From Chiloscyllium plagiosum (taxonomy: Eukaryota), in the NCBI RefSeq assembly GCF_004010195.1, contig NW_025214499.1:1-40040 (forward strand): a stretch of DNA of 40,040 bases, written 5' to 3'. Of this stretch, positions 10,879-23,057 are shown piece after piece. The translations under genes were made by a program, and so were the position numbers. The notes under the pieces are model-generated. The model did no database searches, had not been told where the DNA came from, and worked only from the letters and a program-made list of their open reading frames with translations. Position 1 is the first letter of the stretch. Each line of letters opens with the position of its first letter.

Positions 10879-13310
10879 GGTCATACATTTCTACTGCTTG
10901 GAAATAGGCCCTTCGGCCCAGCTCGTCCTTGCTGACCAAAAAGTACATTCAAAATCACCCCATTTCCCTGCCCTTGCTACTTTCCTATCGATATGTTAAT
11001 CCAAATACCTTTTCAATGTTGTTATTGTACCCACCTCAACCACTTCCACTGGCAGCTCAGTCCATACGCAAAATACACTCTGTGTAAAAAAGTTGACCGT
11101 CAGGTTCCTTTTTGTTTTTGTCCCCTCAAAACATTAACAGATGTCCTCTCGTCCTTGGTTCCCCAACCTTGCAAAAAAGTTTGAAATATTCACCCCTATG
11201 CATGGCTATCATGATTTGATAAGAGCTACACTTCTATATAAACCCCCTCAGTTTTATACGCTGTAAAGAAATATGTTCTAACCTGTCCAACTTCTCCCTA
11301 TAACACAGACCCTTTAGCCCAGGAAACATCTTTGTAAATTTCTTCTACATTCTTTCTAGTTCAATACTATCCTTTCTAGGGCAAGGTGAACAAAACTGAA
11401 CACAATACTCCAACTGCAGCCTTACCAACATCCTGTACATTTGCAACATAACGTCCCAACTTCTATACTCAATGCCCCGATGTAGGCCAGTGTGCCAACA
11501 GACTTCTTCACTGTCCTGTGTATCTGCGACTCAAATTCAGACAACCGTGCAACTGATTTCCAACATCCTTTTGTTCCACTACACTCCTTAAGGCCCTCTC
11601 ATTCATGAACAAACTCCCACCTGAATTTGACTTTCCAAAATGCAAGACGTCACACCTATCTATATTAAACTCCATTTGCTATTTCTCAGCTCACTTCCCC
11701 AGCTGATCAAGTTACTGCTGCAATTTTTGATAATGTTCCTCACTGTAAACGATGCCTCCTATTTTAGTGTCATCTGCAAACTTACTAACCTTGCGTTGTG
11801 CATCCTCGTCCAGATCATTGATATAGATAACAAACCGCAATGGGGCAGTACCGACCCCTGAGGCACTCCACTAGTCACAGGCCTCCGGTCCGACAAGCAT
11901 ACCTCCACCATAGCCATTTGCTTCACAATTTCAGACCAATTGCGTCGCCAAATTGCCAGTTTACCATGGAGTCTATGCGATCTAACCTTCTAGAGCGGCC
12001 TTCCATGTGGAATCTTACCAAAGGCCTTATTGAAATCCATGTAGATTATGTCCACCGCCCTGCCCTTGTCAAAGTTCCTGGTCACTTCCTCAAAAAACTC
12101 TAACAAAAGTTGTAAGGCATGATCTGCCACACACAAAATTATGGCGACTGCTCCAAGTCAAACTCTGCCTTTCCAAATGCATGCATATCTTATATCTCAG
12201 AACCTTCTCAAGTGGTTTACCGAAAACAGATGTGAAGCTTACTGGTCTATATTTCCCAGGAATTCATTTATAGCCCTTCTTGAAGAAGGGCACTACATTT
12301 GCTACTGCCCGGTCTTCGGGGAGCTTGGCCCTTGAACTGCCTTCTCTCACCTCTTGGATATATCTAGTCAGGACTAAGAGATGTATCTGACTTTGTGCAT
12401 TCTAATATGTCCAACAACACCTCTACTGTGATATGGACTGTACCAAGATAACACAACTAACCTTCCAAAGTTCACAGGTCTTCATATCTTTCTTCATGAT
12501 AAATACAGAGGACCTCAAGCATCTCTAGACGTTTTACACATGCATGCCCATTTTGGATTTTAAGGCGTCCTATTCTCTCTCTTGATGCTCTTTTTCTTTA
12601 CTATAGTGAATTTGGTTAGCCAAGGCAATCTCATACTCCCTTTTCGCCTTCCTGATTTCCTTCTTCATTAAACTCCAGTATCCCCAATGTACCTCCAGGG
12701 ATTCCCTTGATTCCAGCTACCTGTACTTGAGCCACGCCTCAATTTTGCTGGCCAGAGCCTCAATATCTCTTGTCATTCAGGGTTTTCTCTTCCAGCCTCA
12801 CGTTCTCTTCACTCTCACAGGAACATGTAAACCTTGAATTCGAGCTATCTCACTTTTGCAGCCCTCCCTCGTGCCCAACATCCTTTTACCTGAAAACAAA
12901 CTACTCCAATTAACCCCTGCAATCCCCTGTCTAATTCCAACAAAATATGCCTCACCACAATTTAGAACTTGAATCTGTGGATCAATTTTGTTCCTCCCAT
13001 AACTATTTTAAAATTAATACAATGCTAGTCAGTTTTCCCAAAATACTCCCCCACTTCACGACCGTCACCTATCTATCTCTACTTCCCAACAGTAGGTCGA
13101 GTTTGTCCCTTCCTGTATAGGGCCCTTGGGGAAACTTTCCTGAACAAACTTAAAAAATTACGTTCCATCGAAGTTCTTAACCGTCTGGATGTCTCAGTCT
13201 ATGTTAGTAAATTTAAATCATCTGTTGTGACAATCCTATTGCTCCTGCTACTCTCACCAGTTTCCCTGCATATTTGTTCCTCTAATTCCCATTGATGATT
13301 TGCAACAACC
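10879..13310 (-). mobile_element. CR1 LINE ORF2 (endonuclease end to 3' tail), decayed
   Basis: Duplicate of 8363-9565 that continues 5'-ward into RT N-terminal and endonuclease-like sequence. Confidence 0.85.
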
Positions 13311-14129
13311 ATAACCCCCTCATACTTCCTTGTAGCACTCACAAAACCTCATCGGATATTATCTCAGTTATTTAATCTTTAAATAGTTGTGTAATACTCG
13401 CCTTAATCAGAACTATTGATATTTCTACTGTTTCCATTTACATCTCTCCCTTGCAATGCTTTTCACGTCTGCAGCAAAACTTGTCAAGGTATAGTGGAGA
13501 TATGAAGCTGAAACTGGATGGGAGCTGCATATTCTGTCACTTGCAGCATGGGCTGCAAGTTTCCCCACACTGGGCAGTGATCTAACAAAATGTTACCGAA
13601 AAATGGAACAACCTGCGATTATATATGAATGAACCAGTGCGGTCTGCACAGCTCCCCACGCTGGACATTTATCCCAGAATTATCGATCAAGTATAGGTGT
13701 GGGCTGCACAGAGTTCCATTCTGGATATTGCTGGGTTGCATTCAGCAGTACGCTCGCCATATCTACACAGTGCTCCATCCTGAATGTATTATGGATGGGC
13801 TGGTTATGTGAGTTTGATTGCGAATGTGAGAGAACTAAACATCTGGCAATACCTTTATTTTGTATTTCTTTCTTGTGATTGAACCCTTCAAATCCTGACT
13901 CATCCTTCGACCCGACCATCTGGATGAGTGATGGTGACTGTTGTTAAAGCATCTGGGTGTGCAACATAACCAACAATGGAGCAGAGGCTGCAGAGCGGAC
14001 AGTCTCTGTAAAATGGAATGGGGAAATCACAATCAGATCAGCCGTGGTCTTCCTGAATGGTGGGGCAGGATTGAATGGAACACGAATACAACTTAGTCAT
14101 GTATTTATGTTTGTTCCAAACAAACTCCC

Positions 14130-14590
14130 CTTCTCTCCCAATGTCCCATACTGGTGGGAAGTGAGGCATCTCCTCCTGTTCCTGCATAACAGGATCCTGG
14201 GGCCTCACTAGCCTACAGATTTCCCTGTGGCCCAGTTTCGAACAGTTGAGTGACGGCCTCCTGTTCCTGTTCCTGTGTCCCTGTGTCGAGCAGTTGAGTG
14301 ATTGCCTCATGATCCCAAGTCTGATAATAGATGTCCTCCTCCTGTTCCTGTGAAACAGGCTCCAATAGATCTGTGCTCACCTTCTGCTCCCGTGGAATGG
14401 AATTGAGGGACTGAATGGCCTCTTCACATTCCTTACAGCTACTCTTGACTAAAAGCCATTCTCTTGCTTCTGTAAATCAACATCAAAATCTGAATGATGT
14501 ATTTTTGTATTTTGCTCTCAGAAATTGAGCAAACAAGCTGACTGACAGAATTCAGAAGCTGACTAGCCTCCTCCTGTTCCTGTGTTATAC
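14130..14590 (+). repeat. Degenerate ~42-bp minisatellite derived from CR1 3' terminus (array A, left part)
   Basis: Recurrent 'cctcctcctgttcctgtg..acagg' and 'gagggg.ctgaatggcctc' motifs. Confidence 0.65.
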
Positions 14591-15298
14591 AATCAAGAGT
14601 CAATAGAGTCTCAGAGATGTACAGCACAGAAAAAGATCCTTCAGTCCGGTCGTCAATGCCGACCAAATATCCTAAATAAATCTCGTCCCCCTTGCCAGCA
14701 TTTGGCCCATTTCCCTCTAAACATCTCCCATGCATGTATCCATCTAAATGCCTTTTAAATTGTGTAACTGTACCTGCCTCCACAACTTCTTTTGGCTGTT
14801 AAATCCATATACGCAGCAGTCTCTATGTGAAAATTTTGTCCCTATGTCCCTATTTAAATCTTTCCCCTCTCACCTTAAACCTTTGTCTTCTAATTTTGGA
14901 CTCGCCGATCCTTGGAAAAGACGTTGACTGTTTACCTTATCAATTCCCCTCATGATTGTATATACCTCTTTAAGGTCACCCCTCAGCTTCAACACTTGAA
15001 AATAGCCCCAGCCTATTCAAACTGTCCTTGTAACTCTAACCCTCCAACACCTTCAACATTCTTTTAAATCTCTTCTGCACCCTTTCAAGTTTGGCAACAT
15101 CTTTCCGTCAGCACGGAGACCAGAATTAAAGGCAGTATTATAAAAGTGGCCAAACCAATGTCCAGTACAGATGCAACATGTCGAGAAAATGTTTAGACTG
15201 AATGCACGGGCCAATAAAGGGAAGATCACCAAGTGCCTTCTTCACTGCGCTGTCTACCTGTGACGGCACTTTCAAGGAACGGAGAACCTGCACCACCA

Positions 15299-15650
15299 GG
15301 TGACACAGTATCTCAGTGACTAGCATTGCTGCTTCAGAGCGCAGCGATCCAGGTTTAATTGCATCGTTGAATGACGGCCTGTGTGGAGTTTGCACATTCT
15401 CACCGTGTCTGTGTGAGTTTCCTCCAGATGTTATATTTTCCTCCGACAGTATAAAGATATACAGATAAGGGTAGATTGGCCATGGCAAATAGCGTAAAGT
15501 ACCCCGGAATGTGCAGTCGAGGTGGATTAACTATGGAAAATGCAGGCTCAGAGGGACAGGGTAGGGGTTTGTCCAGTGGGATACTGCTTAGAGTATCGGT
15601 GTGGCCTCGATGGGCCACATAACATGTTTCCTCTCTGTAGGGATTATATA
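15299..15650 (+). mobile_element. HE1/V-SINE-like SINE nested in CR1
   Basis: 'ctcagtgactagcattgctgcttcagagcgc', 'tgtgtggagtttgcacattctc' and 'gattggccatggcaaat'. Confidence 0.85.
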
Positions 15651-15824
15651 ATTTTGATGGAGTTCTCCTTGATTGTCAGCTTTGGACAGGACCCTACCTA
15701 CATGTCTTGCCTTGATTTGCCTTGCAAAAATGCAACACCTCACATTTAACTAAAATAATCTCCATCTGCCACTCCTCGGTTCACCTAAGCAAAGTCCCAT
15801 TTTAGTCTGAGAGATCATTCTTCA

Positions 15825-16756
15825 NNNNNNNNNNNNNNNNNNNNNNNNNNNNNNNNNNNNNNNNNNNNNNNNNNNNNNNNNNNNNNNNNNNNNNNNNNNN
15901 NNNNNNNNNNNNNNNNNNNNNNNNNNNNNNNNNNNNNNNNNNNNNNNNNNNNNNNNNNNNNNNNNNNNNNNNNNNNNNNNNNNNNNNNNNNNNNNNNNNN
16001 NNNNNNNNNNNNNNNNNNNNNNNNNNNNNNNNNNNNNNNNNNNNNNNNNNNNNNNNNNNNNNNNNNNNNNNNNNNNNNNNNNNNNNNNNNNNNNNNNNNN
16101 NNNNNNNNNNNNNNNNNNNNNNNNNNNNNNNNNNNNNNNNNNNNNNNNNNNNNNNNNNNNNNNNNNNNNNNNNNNNNNNNNNNNNNNNNNNNNNNNNNNN
16201 NNNNNNNNNNNNNNNNNNNNNNNNNNNNNNNNNNNNNNNNNNNNNNNNNNNNNNNNNNNNNNNNNNNNNNNNNNNNNNNNNNNNNNNNNNNNNNNNNNNN
16301 NNNNNNNNNNNNNNNNNNNNNNNNNNNNNNNNNNNNNNNNNNNNNNNNNNNNNNNNNNNNNNNNNNNNNNNNNNNNNNNNNNNNNNNNNNNNNNNNNNNN
16401 NNNNNNNNNNNNNNNNNNNNNNNNNNNNNNNNNNNNNNNNNNNNNNNNNNNNNNNNNNNNNNNNNNNNNNNNNNNNNNNNNNNNNNNNNNNNNNNNNNNN
16501 NNNNNNNNNNNNNNNNNNNNNNNNNNNNNNNNNNNNNNNNNNNNNNNNNNNNNNNNNNNNNNNNNNNNNNNNNNNNNNNNNNNNNNNNNNNNNNNNNNNN
16601 NNNNNNNNNNNNNNNNNNNNNNNNNNNNNNNNNNNNNNNNNNNNNNNNNNNNNNNNNNNNNNNNNNNNNNNNNNNNNNNNNNNNNNNNNNNNNNNNNNNN
16701 NNNNNNNNNNNNNNNNNNNNNNNNNNNNNNNNNNNNNNNNNNNNNNNNNNNNNNNN
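15825..16756. other. Assembly gap (N run)
   Basis: Run of N. Confidence 1.
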
Positions 16757-17339
16757 GAGGAGAAATACTTGTTTAGTATCCCTCCAATCTGCTGTGGTTC
16801 CACACATAGGTAGCCTTACTGATCTTTAAGGGACCCTATTCTCTCCCTAGTTAATCTTTCGCCATTAAAGGATTTGTAAAATTTCTTCAATGCCTTATTA
16901 ACCCAATTTCTAAAGCCATCTCTTGTCCACATTTTTCTGCCCCGATTTTCCCATTGACGATACACTTACTGGCCTTATACACCTCTCGGGATTCACTTGA
17001 TCTCAGCTCTGTTTACCTGACATATGCCTCCTTCCTTACGTTGACCAGAGCATCAATATATCTAGCCATCCAGCACTCCCTGCACTCACAAGCCTTGCCC
17101 ATCTCACGAATAGGAACACGTTGGCTCTGGACTCACTGAAACCAAGTTTTGATGGCCTTGCATTTTCCAACCGTCCCTTTACCTGTGAATAGGGTATCCC
17201 AATCAGCCTTTCACAGGGTTCGCCTATCATTTTTAAAATTAGCCTCTTTCAAAGTTAGAACTTTAATGTTGACATCAGGTATTTCCTATTCCATAACTAA
17301 TTTAAACTAATATTTATGCGTAACAGACTTGAAAGTTAA

Positions 17340-17600
17340 ATAAGCACTTCCTGCCCCTCTGTTACGGGCTCGAGAGGTTGTATAGGCTCCTTCAGTCCCA
17401 CTGTAATACACTATAAATGCTGAATGGGCTCCTCCTGTCCCTCAGTAAAAGACTCAAGAGGCTTAATGGCGTCTTGCAGTTCTCCTATGACACACTCGAG
17501 AGGCCGCATGGCCTCCTCCTGTACCTGTGTAACAGATCCAAGACACAGCAACCCGTGGATTACGAGCAGCCGGTAAACTGTATCTGATGGAGGTCCATCC
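17340..17600 (+). repeat. CR1-tail-derived ~42-bp minisatellite (array A, right part)
   Basis: 'ctcgagaggccgcatggcctcctcctgtacctgtgtaacag' and neighbouring degenerate units. Confidence 0.65.
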
Positions 17601-17984
17601 CTTCTCAGTTACAGAAACACTCTTTGACTCACTCGCACTCTCTCTTTCCACCCCTCACCACTCCAGTGTTCAGTTAATACTCTCATATACAAGGATAAAA
17701 TGATAAAAAATATTGAAAGATTTATGGTCCATCCCTCAGCAACCCTCATCCATTCATTCCAAAACCAGGAAATGAAAAGTGATGTATTGAACTGGTTAAC
17801 TGAGCCTATTTGTTTAGTGACTGTGCTTAATGTCAGTCTTCGTGGATTCTAATTATCCCAGCGGAGGGTTTCCATCTTTTAATGATAAATGGGCTCCATT
17901 CAATATGTCAACCAAAAACATGAGAGGGAGCATCATTGACAGCGCTGACAGGGATCAGCAGATCCAGAGAGAGGGGGAGGAGAG

Positions 17985-18110
17985 ATCAGAATCTGAGAAC
18001 ATGAGACTGGACTGTTCCAACAATGAATCAGAATTTGAGAACATTAGACTCGAATATTCCAACAATGGATCAGAATCTCAGAACATTATACAGGAATGTT
18101 CCAACAATAG
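17985..18110 (+). repeat. Three tandem 42-bp units overlapping a GPCR start codon
   Basis: Units start at 17985, 18027 and 18069: atcagaatctgagaacatgagactggactgttccaacaatga and variants. Confidence 0.95.
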
Positions 18111-18242
18111 ACAGGAGCTTATCCGATTATATTTGGTATCTTTCTGCATTTGATTGGTTGTCATTATCATCGCAGATATATTACGCTCTTCTCATTATTC
18201 AATACTTTTATTATCCTTTCCTGGGTATCGTTGGTTTTCCTG
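18023..18242 (+). CDS. Probable first coding exon of a GPR139/GPR142-like class A GPCR (N-terminus plus first part of TM1)
   Basis: Reads MNQNLRT...QIYYALLIIQYFYYPFLGIVGFP and ends at CCTG|GTGAGT (strong phase-1 donor). The YYPxLxxVGxP motif with an intron just before the TM1 Asn matches the two-exon GPR139-family layout. Both ATGs have A at -3. Exon 2 was not found in the window. Confidence 0.7.
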
Positions 18243-18719
18243 GTGAGTGTCACTGTCCAGATTTTGTTTTCTACAAACCAGTTATAACTGTATGATTGTT
18301 ATTTCATATAGTCTACACATCTTGCTACTATTATTGTTCCTGTTGAATCTCACAATCCAGATATTCACTCTACAGACTACTGCTAACTGCATCAATGAAG
18401 GTGTTCAATTACTGTCTTGCTCACTGCTCTGGCAGTGTTACTCACTGGTCTCTATGTTGAACTATTCAGTTTCAGGGGAGAACCACAATGCATTGTATCA
18501 TTGCCTTTGCTGTTAAGAGCATGGAGGTCACTGTCTACTGTCCTGGTTACAATCTCCACTTCCTTCCACTGTTTACATCCCATCCCTGGCCAATATCTGC
18601 AGCTGAAGCAGACAAACCACAACTGTGGGAGATCCCTTTAACCATGAGCTGACTCTTGACACCATTCCCTGACCATTTCTAACTTGAAATACTCACCACT
18701 CCAGAATATATCTCACTGG

Positions 18720-18920
18720 TTTATTCCATCTGCTGTTGAATCTTGAGCTATGAAGTACAGTCTTAATGAAGCCAATNTGATTCGAACTCACACCAAACTC
18801 CCATCCATCTGTCATTCATGTGTACGCCGATGTATATTGCTGTTTGTCTGGCAATTACTTTATTTTAACATTCTCAAACACTTTACCTTATCTGTCCATG
18901 AAACTTCCCTCGTTCTCTCC
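18720..18920 (+). mobile_element. Very old L2-like LINE 3' fragment
   Basis: Weak resemblance to the L2 'HITPVL..LHWLPV..RI.FKIL' coding stretch. A similar remnant lies at ~38760-38860. Confidence 0.35.
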
Positions 18921-20221
18921 ATTGATTAACAAAAAGCCTGCCAGTTGTTCGTATTTAAAATTGTTTTCTCCATGTGCGTTCCTTCTGAAACAGAGTTTTG
19001 CATTCAACCACGCCAATCGCGTGCACACTCTTACACACTCTCTCAGTCTCTGATGAACACACACACACACACACATACGCAGAGAGAGCAAACCTTCCCA
19101 TTGTAGGCAGTGGTCTGATGCGAGTATAGTTAGCATATGATAGTAAAGTTTGCAATACTCTCCATGCTGGGCACAAATTTCAGTTTACTGAGCAACACAC
19201 TAGCATGGTTTGCACAGCTCTCCATGCTGCTGTCATCTTGTCCCAGTTTATGTTGTTTGTGGTGTTCTGTGAAGCAGATTCAGAATTTGATGTAACAAAC
19301 CATTTCAGCTGATGTGACAATGCCTTTATTCAATGTTCTCATTCTTGTAAATTTACTCTCGAAGATCTCACTTCTCCAGTTAGTCCCACTGCCCGGACTT
19401 TTTCCACATATTTCCACAACATCGCTTCAGTTAATTAACTGTCTGTTTCTGTTTTTGATGTGAATCTCTCTATCCCTTTGTATCTTTCCCTGGCCTTGGG
19501 TTTGGCTCCCTAGTTTATCGAGTGCTGGCATTGTGTAGCTCAGAAATAATGAAATGGGGTGTGTCAAGCTGTTGTTCACTTCCAGGTATGTCCAATGTGA
19601 TGGTTCATGAACAGGCGTGTTTCAGAAGTTATGAGAATAACTTACGGGGCTCTGATAGTTTTTAATAAATAGTAGTAACAATGGCCAGCTCGCACAGACC
19701 AGGCTTTCTACGTTTCTTTTTATTGTAGCTATAACAATCACCAAGTGCTTGGGGTCCCAGAAGGGTTGGACGTTTTAGTAACTTATCCCCAGCTGCTATT
19801 CTCGTTGGAACCTGACTTGATGCTTTTTCCTCCTGGATTGGAGAACTGTATGCAAGAATGCATGTTTGTATGTTCCTTTTTGCCAAGGGGTGTGTTTAGG
19901 TGATTTTAGTATATTGGAACCGTTCATTTGTAGAAGGTACTGTATCCATTATTGGGTTAAGATTTCCAATATTTAAGTTATTCTAAATTCCTCTTCATTT
20001 TGTATAGATTTTCATTACAGTGTTTAAATATATTGTGTTTTGCTTAATGGTGAGTAGTTTGACTAGTAGCATCACATCTGGAACACCCAACTCACATCTA
20101 CCTTTAAAATAAGAAAAGGTTGGTATCCAAGCTACCTTCTTAAAATAGTTTGAGGCAGTCTGGTTCGTCTATAGCAAACTGGGGATTCTTGTCCGGTTCT
20201 AAAGCGATAATACCAAATTGG

Positions 20222-20465
20222 GTTTAGAATTTGCAAACAGACCATTCGACCCAACAAGTCCACACCAACTCTCCGAGGAGTAACCTATCCAGACCCATTC
20301 CTTTACCCTATTATTACACATTTACCCCGACTAAGGCACCTAACCCACACATCCGTGAAAACTATGAACAATTTATCATGGCCAATTCACCTGATATGCT
20401 CATCTTTGTATTGTGGGAGGAAACCAAAGCATCCAGAATAAATTCATGCAGACACTGGAGAGTAT
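20222..20465 (-). mobile_element. HE1-like SINE fragment (head missing) inside the LTR element
   Basis: 'ccaacaagtccacacc...atggccaattcacct...tgtgggaggaaacc', homologous to 5043-5372. Confidence 0.75.
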
Positions 20466-21039
20466 GCACCAGGAGGCTATTGGGTTCAAAGGTCGCGTAT
20501 GGTAGTCGTTAGTGTCTTTTTTTTTCCGGATGTTGAATTCGGTTGGTTTAAACAGTGTTTTGTGTATAAAGATTCAGTCACTAAGAGTTCTCTGGGTGTG
20601 GAAAAGTGAAGGTTGGGGTTTTACAAAAGGTAATGAAGGCAAAGCTGTAGGAATTGACAGAAAAGCTGGAGTTGAGGATGCGTTTGTCTGTGAGAAAATG
20701 AGAGATAATTACAGCTATAGCTCCGCAATTACATTTGGTAGATCTGCCATCAGACTCTTTGGAAATGGCTGGAATTTAATTTCAAATGAGGCACTTTGAA
20801 CATGAAAAGGAATTGAAACTGTTTGAATTATGATGAAAAGTAGAAATAAAAGAAAGGAAAGTGAAGAATAAAGAGAGAAAAAGAGAGAAGAAAAGCAGAG
20901 AGTTTCAACTTAAACAGTTAGCAATTAGAGAGGAAAGTTGACATAGAGGGCGGAGATGACGATAGTTGGGAGGCTGGATGAGGAGGTTAGTAAGGTTGAA
21001 CAATGGCCTATTGTAACCAATGGCCTAATGAGATTCTGT

Positions 21040-21515
21040 TTAAATGCATCCAGGCATTATCTAAATTTGATGAGAAGTATGGGGAAGCCTTTTGTATTTC
21101 ATTTGAGAAAGTGGCTAAAAAAAATGCAGTGACCAGTGACCATGTCGATTTAATTTATCCAAACAAAGCTGATAGGTATTTGCATTCCTATCGGAAGAGG
21201 TATCTGGCCAGTATGGGGGTGGTGAAGAAACCCATCTGAAGTGTGTATGAGCTTGTGCCAGAAGCTGACAGACAGCATTTAGGAATCTAAAAAAGGGTCC
21301 CTGGTTAAACGCACATTGCGTTTGAAAGGATCAAGCGAGGTAATTTTTAAAGGTAGGTCAGGGTATTAAAACAGAGCAAAGCTATGGCACTCTTAGAGAG
21401 ATTCTTATTTTGGAGAACTTTAACAGTTCACTTCCTGCAGTCATGAGAACTCGTGTAGAAGAGCAGAGTGTTAAAACGGCAAGATTAGAAGCTGAAATGG
21501 CTGCTGATGATGATT
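21040..21515 (+). pseudogene. gag capsid / SCAN-like domain remnant
   Basis: 'IQALSKFDEKYGEAFCISFEKVA', 'VVKKPI*SVYELVPEADRQH' and 'LREILILENFNSSLPAVMRTRVEEQ...EMAAD'. Confidence 0.8.
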
Positions 21516-22976
21516 GAGTTCTGAAATCAAAGTTTCTGTGATAGATTGAGAATAATGTACGAGATCTTCTTAAAACATTTACCTGTGAGAGTAAGGTTTA
21601 CTGGCATAGGCCAGGAGTAGCAGGTAAGACGTTACAGCTTTAAGAGTTACAGAAATATGTAATTCTTTTATGCTGAGACATAAGGAGCTATGTCATTCAG
21701 AGGGAGTATTGGAGAGATGAGAGGTGCTCCATTTTGTGACGTGTGGTTGGAGTGTCCAGTGGAAACATCAACAGATTTATTCCACAATGGCGAAGGAGGC
21801 CTTGAGCTTGATGTTGGCGTTACAATATTTCAGCATTTAAATTTCGAATAGCGTGCCGGAGACACATCTCAGAGAGACACATCCCTGAGTCACTGATCGT
21901 GATTCCTTAAAGTGTTTGGAGAAGTTTGGGAAAAAAAAACACCAGTCTTTTTCGATTGAGCTTATTAATGCTGCCATTCAATTTGAAATTATACAGGTGA
22001 CAGGGCGAGAAAAACTAAGTTTTGACACGTTGTGAAGACTTAGATGAAGAAAGACAAAGGCATTCTGTGGCAGGAGTAAAATGACTGAAATCGAAACTAG
22101 TTGTGAGCATTTGTATGCTCAGAGTCATTGTAATATATATACATTTCAGTGTACTAGTAGTGGAAGATTAGGAGGTCTAAAATGAATCCATCTTTGTATA
22201 TTGATGGGTCATTTTATTGAAGGTGGAATCGCAAAGATACTATCATTGCAAAAAGGTTATTTTGTCTTGGGTTTTTTTTTGGAGAGAGGTTTTCAAGGCA
22301 GAGATGCAGAAATGCTGTCTGAAATCAGTTTAAGTAAATGACTGGGAAAGCCTTTAGATTTCATTAAAACGGTGATAACAATGGAAGGGTAGTGGCCAGC
22401 TCCCCCAGACCAGGTTTTCTCGTTTTGTTTTTAGCGGCAGCATTCAGAAGCTGCTGGGGATCCGAGGAGGGTTGGAAGTTTCAATTCCTGATCCCCAGCT
22501 GCTTTTCTCTCTGAGATGTCTGTTGATGTTGTTTCCTCCTGGATTGGAAAACTGCTGTAAGGATCTGTATTTGACTATATCTTTGTACAAAGCGGTGTAA
22601 ACCAAGAAGGTACGGTATCTATGGTTTGTGTAAGTGTTCCAACATATAAGCTATCCCAAAATATTCTTTTCTTTGTTTGTATTTTAATTAAAGCATTTGA
22701 ATAAATTATATTTTGCTTAATGTCGAGTGGTTTGACCAGTCACAACTTATCTGTAAGATACACTTCACATCTATATTCAAAATAAGGAAAAGTTTAGGTC
22801 TAAGCGGCCTTCTTAAAATATTTTGTGGGGATCTGGTCTGATCCACAACACTTGTAGCCGAGGGGTTTCCGACTGACTCCTGTTATTGAAAAGTTAATGA
22901 AGGGGCTGGGGATGGTTTGCTGGAGGTTGTGCTGTGAGTTGCCTCAGACATTAAGGGAGACCTGAGGATTTGGTGA

Positions 22977-23057
22977 GGGCTTATGCCCGAACCGTCGATT
23001 CTCCTGTTCCCTGGATGCTGCCTGACCTGCTGCGCTGTTCCAGCAACACATTTTCAG
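22977..23057 (+). mobile_element. 81-bp insertion of the same PLE mini-element family as 2859-3040, with 15-bp TSD
   Basis: Matches the right arm of the 2859 element. Flanked by ctgag(g/c)atttggtga at 22962-22976 and 23058-23072. Confidence 0.85.

Larger units (their letters stand above)
7862..12087. repeat. Direct duplication of ~1.7 kb (7862-9565 and 10406-12087) across an N-gap
   Basis: The copies align end to end with scattered substitutions (about 10 in the first 300 bp) and a 27-bp indel. Confidence 0.95.
14603..17312 (-). mobile_element. CR1 LINE, 5'-truncated, containing a SINE and an N-gap
   Basis: Minus-strand 'EAGTVTQFKRHLD', 'LYWTLVWPLL' and 'MEPQQIGGILNKYFS', with the CR1 tail at ~14605-14700. 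Confidence 0.85.
19600..22850 (+). mobile_element. Degenerate Gypsy (Gmr1-like) LTR retrotransposon, pol largely deleted
   Basis: Two diverged direct LTRs (~19600-20176 and ~22228-22850, both ending CA). PBS 'tggggattcttgtccgg' (20180-20196) resembles the tRNA-Pro complement TGGGGGCTCGTCCGGGAT. Purine tract at ~22219-22227, and a gag remnant. Confidence 0.85.

Noticed and set aside
13766..13800. CACAGTG heptamer as a possible V(D)J recombination signal
   Set aside because: No nonamer at 12 or 23 bp spacing and no recognisable V, D or J segment.
17830..18153. 107-aa ORF with SESENMRLDCSNNE repeats
   Set aside because: Alternative frame of the 42-bp repeat. The 18023 frame has the TM1 motif and the splice donor.
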